Positions 1 through 9,212 of a DNA stretch of 19,472 bases are shown here, piece after piece. Origin of the DNA: an uncultured bacterium (lineage in GTDB: Bacteria > Zixibacteria > MSB-5A5 > JAABVY01 > JAHJOQ01). The stretch spans positions 1 to 19,472 of the forward strand of contig CBDUQR010000048.1 in the NCBI GenBank assembly GCA_965369655.1, read 5' to 3'. Position 1 is the first letter of the stretch. Every line of letters begins with the position of its first letter. The notes beneath the pieces are model-generated. The model had not been told where the DNA came from. It did no database searches and worked only from the letters and a program-made list of their open reading frames with translations. Position numbers and translations under genes: made by a program.

Positions 1-734
1 TCAGCAATGTGAACAGCGGCTGTCGAGTATGATGCAGGCAATTCGTCCCACGATTTCCCCTCCAACAGACGTCCGGCTGCTTTTTTCCGAACTCCGCCCC
101 ATTGTTTGAAGAAGAACGGAACTCCGGCGGAGTAACACTGGTCCCTGATATCGATTACCCATTCTCGCTGCATGGGTCTGGCGCCCGGTCCGGATTCACC
201 GCCAACAATAACCCAGTCGATGCCGCTCAGATCGAGATCGGGGAGGGGTTCAAGCAGAGGTTCAAGGGATAGGAACTTTGTTTTCGCGCCAGTTTCTCGC
301 AGGTTATCAATCCGATCGACGAATCGCCTTGTCTCAACAGTCACGCCCATCCAGATGTTTGATGACCACTCCAGATTCCTGTTCATCTGCAGAAGCCTGC
401 CGGAGCGCTTGGTGAGAACCTGAAATGTGTGCCAGTGAGCGGCCTGCATGATGGAAAAGACATCAAGTATGAAATCCGAAGGGACACGTTTGTGGAAAAG
501 GTCGCTCATCGAGTTCACGAAGATCATCTGCGGCTTCTTCCAACTCAGCGGTTTGTCCAGGACATGCGGGTGGATCGCGACTTCAAACCCATTGGCATAG
601 TTGGGTTGTCCCATAGCCTTGAGTCGACGAGCCATGATTTCAGCGTAACAATGCCGGCATCCTGTACTGATCTTGGTGCATCCCGTCACCGGATTCCACG
701 TCGATTCAGTCCATTCGATTGCGGATTTGGCCAT
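1..734 (-). CDS. DUF5131 / phage Gp37/Gp68-family protein (three-Cys-motif, radical-SAM-like); 3' end runs off the window
   Basis: Not in the ORF track because there is no stop inside the window. Manual translation from ATG 734-732: MAKSAIEWTESTWNPVTGCTKISTGCRHCYAE...IFVNSMSDLFH...FQVLTKR...FLSLEPLL...IDWVIVGGESGPGARPM...FFFKQWGG...GRLLEGKSWDELP. These are the family's signature motifs (Cx6Cx2C, SMSDLFH, GGESG, FKQWGG). It starts 3 nt after the upstream gene's TAA. Confidence 0.93.
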   Translation of the reverse strand, partial: MAKSAIEWTESTWNPVTGCTKISTGCRHCYAEIMARRLKAMGQPNYANGFEVAIHPHVLDKPLSWKKPQMIFVNSMSDLFHKRVPSDFILDVFSIMQAAHWHTFQVLTKRSGRLLQMNRNLEWSSNIWMGVTVETRRFVDRIDNLRETGAKTKFLSLEPLLEPLPDLDLSGIDWVIVGGESGPGARPMQREWVIDIRDQCYSAGVPFFFKQWGGVRKKAAGRLLEGKSWDELPASYSTAAVHIA

Positions 735-737
735 TTC

Positions 738-1892
738 TTATTCCACGTCTATTTTGGGTGATGGAAATGTGACTACTACTTTTTCTGCAAATGTCGGTTT
801 GCCATGTTTTTTTGGTCTCTTTTCTGCAGGTGGATCTGCAGTGATTGCACCTTGTTCTTCCAATTTCAGGAGAGCGTCCTTATAATGGCTCGGTATGAAT
901 AGAGTGCCAACCGAATGAGCCTTGTATACGTCATACATCTTGAGTTCTTGACCTTGAAATGCTGCAAGGATACTCTCTGCCAGTTCGCCTGTTATGAATT
1001 CTGTCGGAAACAAATCGAACATCAATTGTCGGTCTCGAGGATCGAAGCCAAGTTCTCGTTGGGCTGATTCTCCACCAGTGCTTCGTTTGTACATAATCCC
1101 CTTCATTATGTCATATCCAAGAAAGTCCTTAGTTATAAATACAAGATAGTGACTTGGTCTGTCGGACTTTCTATTTTTCACTCGATAAGTCAACATATAC
1201 TTTGCCCCAGCTTCTGATAATGCATCTTCGAGCGCAGACAGTACTAACTTTTCCCGCTCCTGCTTTGAAGCTGCCTTCTGTATATTGTTCACGAGTTCAT
1301 TTCCTCTATCCCGACCGAAGATGGAATCTCGATGCTTGCTCCATTTCTTCTTCGCAATATCCATGTTGATGCGCCTGTAGTTGAACAAGAAGACACAGTC
1401 ACATCCCCAGTCCTTTATAACAGAATGGAACAAATTCTTTGACAGAACCTTGTAGCCAAAGGGATCGATAAAAGAAAAAGTCGGTGCCATTCTTCTTTTC
1501 TGTAGCAAAGCAACAACATCGTCTCCCGTCTCAGTCTGGCTTGCTACTGGTTTATACCTAAGTCTATCAAGTCCAGGCATTCCGTTCAGCACCTCTTTCA
1601 AAGAATCTGCGCATTCTTTATCGTTATCGTTTAATATGATTTTCACCCATTCACACAAATCTCGACTAGCGAGGACCTCCTGAATCACCAAGATCGGTGT
1701 GGACGGAGTGCCGTCATCGTATCGGCCCATTCCTGCACAAAGATCCAGATAGAGAATCCGGTCCGGTTTGTTGCGTTGTTTCTTGAGAGTGTTAACCATT
1801 ACCTTTGCCCATGCAACGAAATATGTCTTGACAATCTCTGCCTTAATGAGCGAATGGTCCTCAGGCTTCTCAAAGAACTTCTTTGTGTCCAC
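738..1892 (-). CDS. tcmP: Three-Cys-motif partner protein TcmP (SAM-dependent methyltransferase-like fold)
   Basis: Motifs HSLIKAEIVKTYFVAW, YLDLCAGMGRY-DG-STP, FSFIDPFGY, and YLVFITK..GYDIMK, plus adjacency to DUF5131, the known partner. Likely start is GTG 1892-1890 with AGGA 5 nt upstream; the ORF track extends to 1967. Confidence 0.85.
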   Translation of the reverse strand: MDTKKFFEKPEDHSLIKAEIVKTYFVAWAKVMVNTLKKQRNKPDRILYLDLCAGMGRYDDGTPSTPILVIQEVLASRDLCEWVKIILNDNDKECADSLKEVLNGMPGLDRLRYKPVASQTETGDDVVALLQKRRMAPTFSFIDPFGYKVLSKNLFHSVIKDWGCDCVFLFNYRRINMDIAKKKWSKHRDSIFGRDRGNELVNNIQKAASKQEREKLVLSALEDALSEAGAKYMLTYRVKNRKSDRPSHYLVFITKDFLGYDIMKGIMYKRSTGGESAQRELGFDPRDRQLMFDLFPTEFITGELAESILAAFQGQELKMYDVYKAHSVGTLFIPSHYKDALLKLEEQGAITADPPAEKRPKKHGKPTFAEKVVVTFPSPKIDVE

Positions 1893-2050
1893 ACTTATCC
1901 TGCCTTTCTGCTTCACCCCAATATAACCTACCCGAATTTCTATGATGTTGATGACATTGTCAATCATTTGTCAGCTAGCTAAGTCGCCTAATGCTGATGG
2001 GCGCAATGAAGCTCGAATTCTTAGTAGCTGAGATTTGGAACTATGGAGCG

Positions 2051-3037
2051 CTAGTTCTCTCTATTGATCGCGAAGCTGACGACGTTTTCGAGGGCAGTGT
2101 AGTATTTGGATGAGCCGTATTTGCGGAGAAGCTTGAGGCCGTTTTCGCCGAACTGCTCGGCGCGGTTCCTGGCGTATTCTATTCCGCCGGAATCCAAAAT
2201 GAAATCGATCACTTTCCTGTACTTGGATGGCTTCGTCCCGTTCGAGAGAATACCGGTGATCTCATTCCTGATCTTTTGAGACGACTTCTTGAGCGAGAAT
2301 ATAAGTGGCAACGTCGCCTTGCCCTGCATCAGGTCACTGCCGACCTGTTTGCCGATTTTCTTCGTATCGCCGACCAAGTCGAGCAGATCGTCCGCGATCT
2401 GGAACGAAATTCCGACATTTTCGCCAAACGATGCAAGCCGGTTGACCTCGCGGCTCGATGCGTTATTCAGAAGCGCACCGGATACCGCCGATGTCGAGAA
2501 GAGTGATGCCGTCTTCGCAGTAATTATGTCGAGGTAGACATCTTCTGTCAATTCGAAATTGCCACATTCCTCGATCTGCCGCAGTTCGCCGAATGCGACT
2601 TCCTCAGTGGTCTTTGACAATCGTTCCATAAGCTCAGGACACTTGGTAGAGACCAGCAGCCGGAACGCCTTGGCGAAGAAGAAATCGCCCATAAGGATAG
2701 AAATCAGGTTGTTCCACTTTGCATTGACCGTCTTATGACCACGGCGCGTGCCAGCTTCGTCGATAACGTCATCATGCAACAGCGTAGCGGTGTGGATCAA
2801 CTCGATAGCGAGCGCGGCGGAGACCATGCCGGAATGATCCATTCCGCTGCAGTGGGCGGTCAGGAACAGGAATGTGGGTCGAATGCGTTTACCGCGCTTT
2901 TCGAGAAGATAATCGAGCACACTCTGGACGAGAACAGAATCGGCAAGCAGATGCTTCTCGATCAACTTGTCGAATCTATTCAGATCGACCCTGACGGGGT
3001 CGAAAAACTGCTTTAACTGTCCGTTTTCCTTCAGCAT
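2051..3037 (-). CDS. Trans-polyprenyl diphosphate synthase (IspB/HepT-like)
   Basis: GKRIRP, IHTATLLHDDVID...RRG (FARM), KTASLF, FQIADDLLD (SARM), GK..GSDL.QGKATLP. ATG 3037-3035 is preferred over TTG 3076. Confidence 0.93.
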   Translation of the reverse strand: MLKENGQLKQFFDPVRVDLNRFDKLIEKHLLADSVLVQSVLDYLLEKRGKRIRPTFLFLTAHCSGMDHSGMVSAALAIELIHTATLLHDDVIDEAGTRRGHKTVNAKWNNLISILMGDFFFAKAFRLLVSTKCPELMERLSKTTEEVAFGELRQIEECGNFELTEDVYLDIITAKTASLFSTSAVSGALLNNASSREVNRLASFGENVGISFQIADDLLDLVGDTKKIGKQVGSDLMQGKATLPLIFSLKKSSQKIRNEITGILSNGTKPSKYRKVIDFILDSGGIEYARNRAEQFGENGLKLLRKYGSSKYYTALENVVSFAINREN

Positions 3038-3048
3038 AAAGTTACGTG

Positions 3049-3080
3049 AAAATACCAAATGGGTTTGAATTGTCAAACCC
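3049..3080 (-). promoter_or_regulatory. Hairpin after guaA (possible terminator) overlapping a sigma70-like promoter for the prenyl synthase
   Basis: Perfect inverted repeat GGGTTTGA-N4-TCAAACCC (3061-3080), 5 nt after the guaA stop. On the minus strand, TTGACA (3076-3071) is followed 16 nt later by TATTTT (3054-3049) with an extended -10 TGn. Confidence 0.5.
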
Positions 3081-3085
3081 TTTGT

Positions 3086-4633
3086 TTACTCCCATTCGAT
3101 AGTCGCCGGCGGTTTGGAACTGATGTCGTAGACAACCCTGTTGATCCCTGAGACGCGGTTAATGATCTCCGATGAGACCTCCGCAAGGACATGATCCGGT
3201 ATCCGCGCCCAGTCTGCGGTCATGCCGTCAGTCGATGTCACCGCGCGCAACGCCACGACATCCTCGTATGTCCGCTCGTCTCCCATGACTCCGACGGACT
3301 GGACTGGCAGCAGAACGCAGAAGGCCTGCCATATATTGTCGTATTCACCATGTTCGTGCAATGCCCTGATGAAAATGTCGTCGGCTTTCCTGATAAGATC
3401 AAGCCGCTCCTCGGTTATTTCTCCAAGGATTCGCACAGCAAGCCCAGGGCCCGGAAATGGATGCCTTCCGAGGATCTCGTTCTTGAGACCGAGCAGTCGT
3501 CCAAGCTTGCGAACTTCATCTTTGAAGAGCTCCCTGAGTGGTTCAATAAGCTCCAATTTCATCTGTTCCGGCAACCCGCCGACATTGTGGTGGCTTTTTA
3601 TAGTCGCGGACGGTCCCTTAAACGACACGGACTCAATGACATCCGGATAAAGCGTCCCCTGTGCAAGGAATCGGACATCACCGACGTCGTCGGCTGCCTT
3701 CTCGAAGACATCGATAAAAGTTCTGCCAATGATTTTGCGCTTCTGCTCGGGGTCGACAACTCCAGCCAATCCATCGAGGAATGCCTTTGAAGCATCGATC
3801 TTCTTTACGTTCACGTTCAGGTCGGCGAGCGCATCGGGGACATAGCTTCCCTCGTTCAACCGTAGCAGGCCATTATCCACGAATACGGACGTCAGTTTCT
3901 TTCCAATCGCTTTCGACAGGAGCAGGGCGCAGACGGCTGAATCGACGCCTCCGGATATACCGCAGATCACCTCTCCGTCACCAACTTTCTGCCTGATAGA
4001 ATTGATCTGGGACTCGATGAAAGATTCCATCGTCCAGCTTCCTTCAATTCCGCAAATGCCGGACAGGAAATTGGCGATTATCCTGTCGCCGCCGTCAGTG
4101 TGGAACACCTCTGGATGAAACTGCAGACCATAGAGTCCTCGGTCTTGGTTCTCGATGGCGGCGAAATCAACCGAATCGGTCATGCCTATCTGGCTGAAGC
4201 CATCGGGCAGCCGTATGAGGCTGTCGCCGTGACTCATCCAGACGGTGAATTCATCCGGCTGGCCGTCGAAAAGCTTCGAATCCCCGAGAATCGACAGCTT
4301 CGACCTGCCATATTCCCGACTCTCCGATTTGGATAATTCGCCCCCAAACAACTCTGCAATCAATTGAAGTCCATAGCAGATTCCGAGCACCGGTACGCCG
4401 AGATCGAAATATGCTTGATCGCAGATATAAGCATCGTCAGAGAGCACCGAATTGGGTCCGCCCGACAACACGATACCCCTGATCGGTTTGGTCCGGGCAT
4501 CTTCGATCGGATAATTGAAAGGAACGATTTCACAGAAAACCCTCTGTTCGCGTATGCGCCTCGCGATAAGTTGCGTGTACTGCGATCCGAAATCGAGTAT
4601 CAGGATCATGTCCTGAGAGGTCATGTCAGTCAT
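3086..4633 (-). CDS. guaA: GMP synthase (glutamine-hydrolysing)
   Basis: [82 protein letters not shown]. Alternative start ATG 4624. Confidence 0.98.
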   Translation of the reverse strand: MTDMTSQDMILILDFGSQYTQLIARRIREQRVFCEIVPFNYPIEDARTKPIRGIVLSGGPNSVLSDDAYICDQAYFDLGVPVLGICYGLQLIAELFGGELSKSESREYGRSKLSILGDSKLFDGQPDEFTVWMSHGDSLIRLPDGFSQIGMTDSVDFAAIENQDRGLYGLQFHPEVFHTDGGDRIIANFLSGICGIEGSWTMESFIESQINSIRQKVGDGEVICGISGGVDSAVCALLLSKAIGKKLTSVFVDNGLLRLNEGSYVPDALADLNVNVKKIDASKAFLDGLAGVVDPEQKRKIIGRTFIDVFEKAADDVGDVRFLAQGTLYPDVIESVSFKGPSATIKSHHNVGGLPEQMKLELIEPLRELFKDEVRKLGRLLGLKNEILGRHPFPGPGLAVRILGEITEERLDLIRKADDIFIRALHEHGEYDNIWQAFCVLLPVQSVGVMGDERTYEDVVALRAVTSTDGMTADWARIPDHVLAEVSSEIINRVSGINRVVYDISSKPPATIEWE

Positions 4634-6236
4634 CTTTGCTCAGTATGGTGTCGCGACGCCACAGTGCGTCATCGGTTTCAGGATAATCGGCATTGTTGTG
4701 GAGGCCGCGGGATTCCTTTCGCTGCATGGCGGACTTAACGATCAGTCGCGCCACCGTCACCAGGTTGCGCAGTTCTATCGCACCGAACGACGGCGGATAA
4801 CGGTGATGGAAATCCTCAGTTTCCTCAGTCAGTATTTCGAGCCGTTTCCTCGCGCGGTCGAGTCGTTCGTTTGATCTTACAACGCCGACATAGTGCCACA
4901 TGTGCCTGCGAAGCTCCGATTTGCTATGAGATATGAGCACTTCCTCATGTTCGCCGACCGAGTTGCTGGAGTCTGGCGTGTACTCCGTGAGCAATTCCGG
5001 CACGTTCGGTGAGACCGTCGAATCGAATGTCTCGACGGCAGACTTCGCGGCAAATTCCGCCACAACTACTGCTTCGAGAAGAGAATTGGAGGCCAGCCTG
5101 TTGGCACCATGCATTCCGGTGCAGGCGGCTTCACCCACGGCAAACAGCTTCTCGATGTTGGTTCTTCCCTGTACATCGGTTCTGATCCCTCCGCACATAT
5201 AGTGCGCCGCCGGCACAACCGGAATCGGATCGCGCGTTATGTCGATTTTCAGACCGAGCAATCGGTTGTAGATATTCGGGAATCTTCGCATGATGTAGTC
5301 GGATTTAATCGGCGTCAGGTCGAGAAACACGCATGGTTCACCCGAGAGTTTCAATTCTCTGTCGATAGCCCGCGCCACAACGTCTCTCGGCGCGAGATCC
5401 CTCTGCTCGTGATAATTCGACATGAAAGTCTCGCCCGATTTCAGTTTGAGCAGCGCGCCCTCGCCTCGCACCGCCTCGGAAATCAGGAAGTAGTCTCCGT
5501 CCGGATGGTACAATGCAGTCGGATGAAACTGCATGAACTCCATGTTCGAGATCGATGCGCCCGCACGGTATGCCATCGCAACGCCATCGCCGGTCGCAAT
5601 GGAGGGATTGGTAGTGTGCACATAGACATATCCGAGTCCGCCGGTTGCAAGAAGAGTAACGCGCGCGACAAATGCCTTGATCTCTCCTGCTATTGCATCG
5701 AAAGCGTGGCAGCCATAGCAGGTCGTCTTTCCGGCGGAGGAATCGACGATCAACTCGACCGCAAGGTGATCTTCGTACAGCGTGATATTCGGATTTGCCT
5801 TGATTGCAGTTAAAAGCCTGGTCTCCACCTCCCGACCGGTGTAGTCGGCAGCATGTACGACCCGCTGGGCGGAATGTCCCCCTTCCCGACCGGCATCGAG
5901 GTTTTCAAGCAAACTGCGATCGCCGGTATAGGAGAAATCAACACCGAGATCGAGAAGATTCCTGATCGCGTCCGGACCATGTTCGATAATTGCCCGAACG
6001 ATGTCATCGTGGCAGAGGCCTCTTCCTGCCTGGAGCGTGTCGTCGATGTGCTTCTCGAAAGAATCCTCCGACTTGATGACAGATGCTATGCCGCCCTGCG
6101 CATAGTTCGTATTCGATTCCGAGTCTTTCTTCTTGGTAATTACGGCGACTTTGCCTCCGGAGGCGACCCTGAGCGCAAACGACAATCCGGCTATGCCGGA
6201 ACCAACTATCAGAAAATCTACTTCATGCCGAATCAT
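4626..6236 (-). CDS. nadB: L-aspartate oxidase
   Basis: [85 protein letters not shown]. Confidence 0.97.
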   Translation of the reverse strand: MIRHEVDFLIVGSGIAGLSFALRVASGGKVAVITKKKDSESNTNYAQGGIASVIKSEDSFEKHIDDTLQAGRGLCHDDIVRAIIEHGPDAIRNLLDLGVDFSYTGDRSLLENLDAGREGGHSAQRVVHAADYTGREVETRLLTAIKANPNITLYEDHLAVELIVDSSAGKTTCYGCHAFDAIAGEIKAFVARVTLLATGGLGYVYVHTTNPSIATGDGVAMAYRAGASISNMEFMQFHPTALYHPDGDYFLISEAVRGEGALLKLKSGETFMSNYHEQRDLAPRDVVARAIDRELKLSGEPCVFLDLTPIKSDYIMRRFPNIYNRLLGLKIDITRDPIPVVPAAHYMCGGIRTDVQGRTNIEKLFAVGEAACTGMHGANRLASNSLLEAVVVAEFAAKSAVETFDSTVSPNVPELLTEYTPDSSNSVGEHEEVLISHSKSELRRHMWHYVGVVRSNERLDRARKRLEILTEETEDFHHRYPPSFGAIELRNLVTVARLIVKSAMQRKESRGLHNNADYPETDDALWRRDTILSKDD

Positions 6237-7317
6237 CAATTACTCTCTCAATTAGGCGCATTAAGTTACTATCATCGCCCTGTATCTGCAAACGAATTCT
6301 GTACTCGAACAGTTCGACTTTCCGATTGTCGAGCGATCTTAGTTTGACGGCGTCCTTTTCTGTTACGATTGCCGCACTGCATTGCAGGGATCGACACTCG
6401 GCTATGATATCGTCGATATCCGACTGCGTGAATATATGGTGATCTCTGAAAGGCTTTGTTCCGGCAAGTGTATAGCCATCTCTCCTGAGTGTATCGAAGA
6501 ATGTGTCAGGTGCAGCAATTGCCGAGAATGCATAGACCGGAACGCCCAGCAGTGATGCCGGATCGACCTGTCCGCCCATAGTAATGTTGTAAACTCCATC
6601 GCAGACATAATCGGACAGAAGAATTCTCTCGTGCCCTGCGCGTGAAGCGATCTTTCTTCTCGTCTGTTCGATATCGTCACAGAGCGATATTCTCGTGACG
6701 ATAATCAGGTCCGCATCGGAGAGTGTTGATGACGGCTCCCTGAGATTACCTGACGGAAGCAGTCGCTCGGACCCGAACGGATTGCTGCAGTCCAGAACGA
6801 CTATGTCCGCATCGCGCTTTATCTTCAGGTGCTGGAAACCATCATCGAGAATAACAATGTCGAATTCGCAGGACTCCGACGCTGTCTCGAATGCGGCGAT
6901 CCTGTCCGCTCCAACCGCGATAGTCGCCGACAGTCTGTTCGCCATGAGAATGACTTCGTCGGATAAGCGTCTGTTTTCGATTTGTTCCGGTCCCTCGATC
7001 ACCTCGACCGAGTTTGACTCGCCTCCGTATCCGCGCGTCAGGATCAGCGGCTTCATGCCTCTTTTTTCGAGTTGACGAGAAAGATATATCAGTACCGGTG
7101 TCTTCCCCGATCCTCCTGCGGTGATTCCACCGACTGAGATGACCGGTTTCGGGAGTCTGACCGACTTTAGAATGCCGAATCGGTATAACTTCCTTCGCAT
7201 CACGACAGTTACGCGGTAGAGTATCGCGAACGGGAAGAGCATCCACCCGACAATGATCTCGGCTACCGATCGGTCTTTCTTCGACAGGAAACTCTGCACC
7301 GTTGCCTGATCAGGCAT
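6223..7317 (-). CDS. lpxK: Tetraacyldisaccharide 4'-kinase
   Basis: PVISVGGITAGGSGKTP, LTRGYGG, ILDDGFQHLKIKRD, LLPSGNLREP, FRDHHIF, VTEKDAVKL. It follows waaA with an overlapping stop/start. Confidence 0.96.
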   Translation of the reverse strand: MPDQATVQSFLSKKDRSVAEIIVGWMLFPFAILYRVTVVMRRKLYRFGILKSVRLPKPVISVGGITAGGSGKTPVLIYLSRQLEKRGMKPLILTRGYGGESNSVEVIEGPEQIENRRLSDEVILMANRLSATIAVGADRIAAFETASESCEFDIVILDDGFQHLKIKRDADIVVLDCSNPFGSERLLPSGNLREPSSTLSDADLIIVTRISLCDDIEQTRRKIASRAGHERILLSDYVCDGVYNITMGGQVDPASLLGVPVYAFSAIAAPDTFFDTLRRDGYTLAGTKPFRDHHIFTQSDIDDIIAECRSLQCSAAIVTEKDAVKLRSLDNRKVELFEYRIRLQIQGDDSNLMRLIERVIDDSA

Positions 7318-8578
7318 TTTGCTGACTCCAGAGATATCTAAGACGCTCGGTGACTTCTCCCAGATCTGATGAAAAGATCGACGAGACCTGCGCAGAGTCC
7401 GGTTTCAGAACCTTGCCGCACAGGCAGTCTTCGAGGAATCGAGCGAGTTCATCTCCATCGTGAACTGTTGTTGCCATCCCATGTTCTATACATTTGCACG
7501 CCAGGTCGATGCAGTTGTCCATGTGGGGACCAAAACAGGTTGGGACGCCGAGCGCGATCGGTTCGAGCGGATTGTGTCCGCCGATTGGGACAAGGCTGCC
7601 GCCGACGAATGCGCATTCGGCTATGCCGTACACTTTCCAGAGCTCGCCCATCGTGTCGAGGATCATGACGTCGTAATCCTGATAATCATCCGCCATCGCT
7701 GATCGTCTGAGGCATTTCAGTCCCCGGTTCAAAATGATCTTCTCGATTTCTTCGACCCTGACCGTGTGACGTGGAGCGAGGATCGCTTTCACATCGGGGT
7801 GTCCGATGCGAACCCTGTTAAACGCTTCTAATGCGAGTTCCTCCTCGCCCGGTCTTGTGGAACCGAAAACTACATACTTAACGTTATCTCGCAGGTGCAA
7901 CTCCTTCAGCACTTTTTGCCTGTCGAAACCAGCCAGATTCGAGATCATACCGGATACTTTGATATTGCCGCCAGTGTGGATTCGTCTCGGACTCGCTCCG
8001 AGTGCGGCAAACCTCCGGGCGTCCTTCTCCGACTGCGTGTGTATATAACTGAACGCACCGAGAAGAGGCTCGAAGATAGATCGCAGGGAGCGATACTTTG
8101 CAAAGCTCTTATCCGAAAGCCTTCCGTTCACGATTGCGATCGGCGTCTTGCGCTCCAGCGCTCGATGAACGAGATTAGGCCAAAGCTCGGTCTCGATCAG
8201 TACTATCATGCCGGGATTGATTCGTCGGAATGCGCGTCTGATAGCGAGTGTACACTCCATCGGCAGATAATAGATTTCGATATTCTCCGGAAGTTCATCG
8301 CGGGCAACCTTCATGCCTCGAGTTGTGAATACCGTGATCACGAAACGGGTGTCGGGAAGTCTGCCTTTCAGTGAATCGAGAAGGAGCATCGCGGCTTTGA
8401 ATTCGCCCACCGATGACGCATGTATCCATATCGATTTGCGATCACTATCATTCACTGATCCCCTGTAAAAACCGAGAAAGTTGAGAAGAGATGCATCGCC
8501 GAAGATTGCCTTGAGTATCAATACCGGCGCTGCCAGTGCAGCGGCGATGTGCGACAGGAACCAGTAAATTGCTCTCAA
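7310..8578 (-). CDS. waaA: 3-deoxy-D-manno-octulosonic acid (Kdo) transferase
   Basis: IWIHASSVGE, IETELWPNL, VNGRLSDKS, GNIK, GSTRPGEE, LAPRH, DTMGEL, FVGGSLVPIGGHNPLEP. Likely start TTG 8578-8576 with AAAGG upstream; the ORF track extends to 8647. Confidence 0.95.
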   Translation of the reverse strand: MRAIYWFLSHIAAALAAPVLILKAIFGDASLLNFLGFYRGSVNDSDRKSIWIHASSVGEFKAAMLLLDSLKGRLPDTRFVITVFTTRGMKVARDELPENIEIYYLPMECTLAIRRAFRRINPGMIVLIETELWPNLVHRALERKTPIAIVNGRLSDKSFAKYRSLRSIFEPLLGAFSYIHTQSEKDARRFAALGASPRRIHTGGNIKVSGMISNLAGFDRQKVLKELHLRDNVKYVVFGSTRPGEEELALEAFNRVRIGHPDVKAILAPRHTVRVEEIEKIILNRGLKCLRRSAMADDYQDYDVMILDTMGELWKVYGIAECAFVGGSLVPIGGHNPLEPIALGVPTCFGPHMDNCIDLACKCIEHGMATTVHDGDELARFLEDCLCGKVLKPDSAQVSSIFSSDLGEVTERLRYLWSQQNA

Positions 8579-8680
8579 GGAATCAACCTTTCGTTTCACC
8601 AGACGCCGTATGTGCGAGTTGCGTCTGCTCATGCGAATATAGCACAATACAGAATCTTGCGCAAAGGGGCAAAAACATGC

Positions 8681-8709
8681 TTGACAAACAGGGACGTCTG
8701 TATTATACT
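8681..8709 (+). promoter_or_regulatory. Near-consensus sigma70 promoter, divergent from waaA
   Basis: TTGACA (8681-8686), 17-nt spacer, TATACT (8704-8709). No credible + strand CDS follows. Confidence 0.8.
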
Positions 8710-8710
8710 T

Positions 8711-9190
8711 GGGCAGTCTGAAAGGAGACTGACCGCTCGATACCTCATTGCTACTGTATGTAAAGCTCTCGTTTTTTCGAAGTAGGTGTGCTTCTATTTA
8801 GCTGTTTGCTACGGTGATTGTAACTGAGTTTCCCTTGAACGGCCTTCGCGGTCGACAGGAGAATTGAGTAAACAGCCCATCCATATTGATACTGTGCTTA
8901 TCTGAGTTGCCTGAATATGTGTTCAGGCTGGTTGAACAAACGACTGGAGAGAGTACAGCTCACCATACCGCTACTGTTAGAGAGAAATCCTTCCTGCACA
9001 TGTGCAGGTGATACGAGGAAGACGACTTACCAGATACCGCTACTGCTGTTAGAACAACTGTTCGAGTGAGCCCAAAGCATCATTCAGATTGAACAGTTGA
9101 AAGTAACCTTATGTGCAGACCGTAATAGTTCTGCCGGAAGGAGGTGGTAGCGGTAACCAAACGGCCTTTCAAGCACCAATCTCACCAAGG
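8711..9190 (+). ncRNA. Candidate large structured non-coding RNA (~480 nt), family not recognised
   Basis: Lies downstream of a strong promoter and has no credible ORF. It contains at least 9 helices, several long-range and nested (8801-8810/8867-8876; 8892-8899/8951-8958; 9035-9047/9143-9155; 9055-9065/9089-9099). Their non-Watson-Crick positions are G-U wobbles on the + strand. Confidence 0.65.
8965..9045 (+). repeat. 12-nt direct repeat ATACCGCTACTG (8965-8976, 9034-9045), with a degenerate third copy at 8740-8756
   Basis: Read directly: ATACCGCTACTG-TTAGA and ATACCGCTACTG-CTG-TTAGA; upstream ATACC-tcatt-GCTACTG. Confidence 0.85.
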
Positions 9191-9212
9191 TTATCCCTGA
9201 GGGGGGAATTGC

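Noticed and set aside
172-8374. Numerous + strand ORFs (e.g. 3191-3790, 5109-5813, 7895-8374)
   Set aside because: Antisense shadows of well-conserved minus-strand genes, with no recognisable motifs.
8740-9050. CRISPR array based on the ATACCGCTACTG repeats
   Set aside because: Only two exact 12-nt copies, irregular spacing, and no cas genes in the window.
8721-9145. CsrB/RsmZ-like GGA sponge, or a small ORF behind the SD-like AAGGAGGT (9138-9145) and AAAGGAG (8721-8727)
   Set aside because: Most GGA motifs fall in predicted stems rather than loops, and neither SD-like sequence has a start codon at a usable spacing.
8711-9190. Identification of the structured region as tmRNA, RNase P RNA, SRP RNA or a tRNA array
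   Set aside because: No tmRNA/tRNA T-arm consensus, no RNase P GAGGAAAGUCC or 3' conserved region, and CCGGAAGG (9134-9141) lacks the SRP helix-8 context (CAGG...AGCAG).
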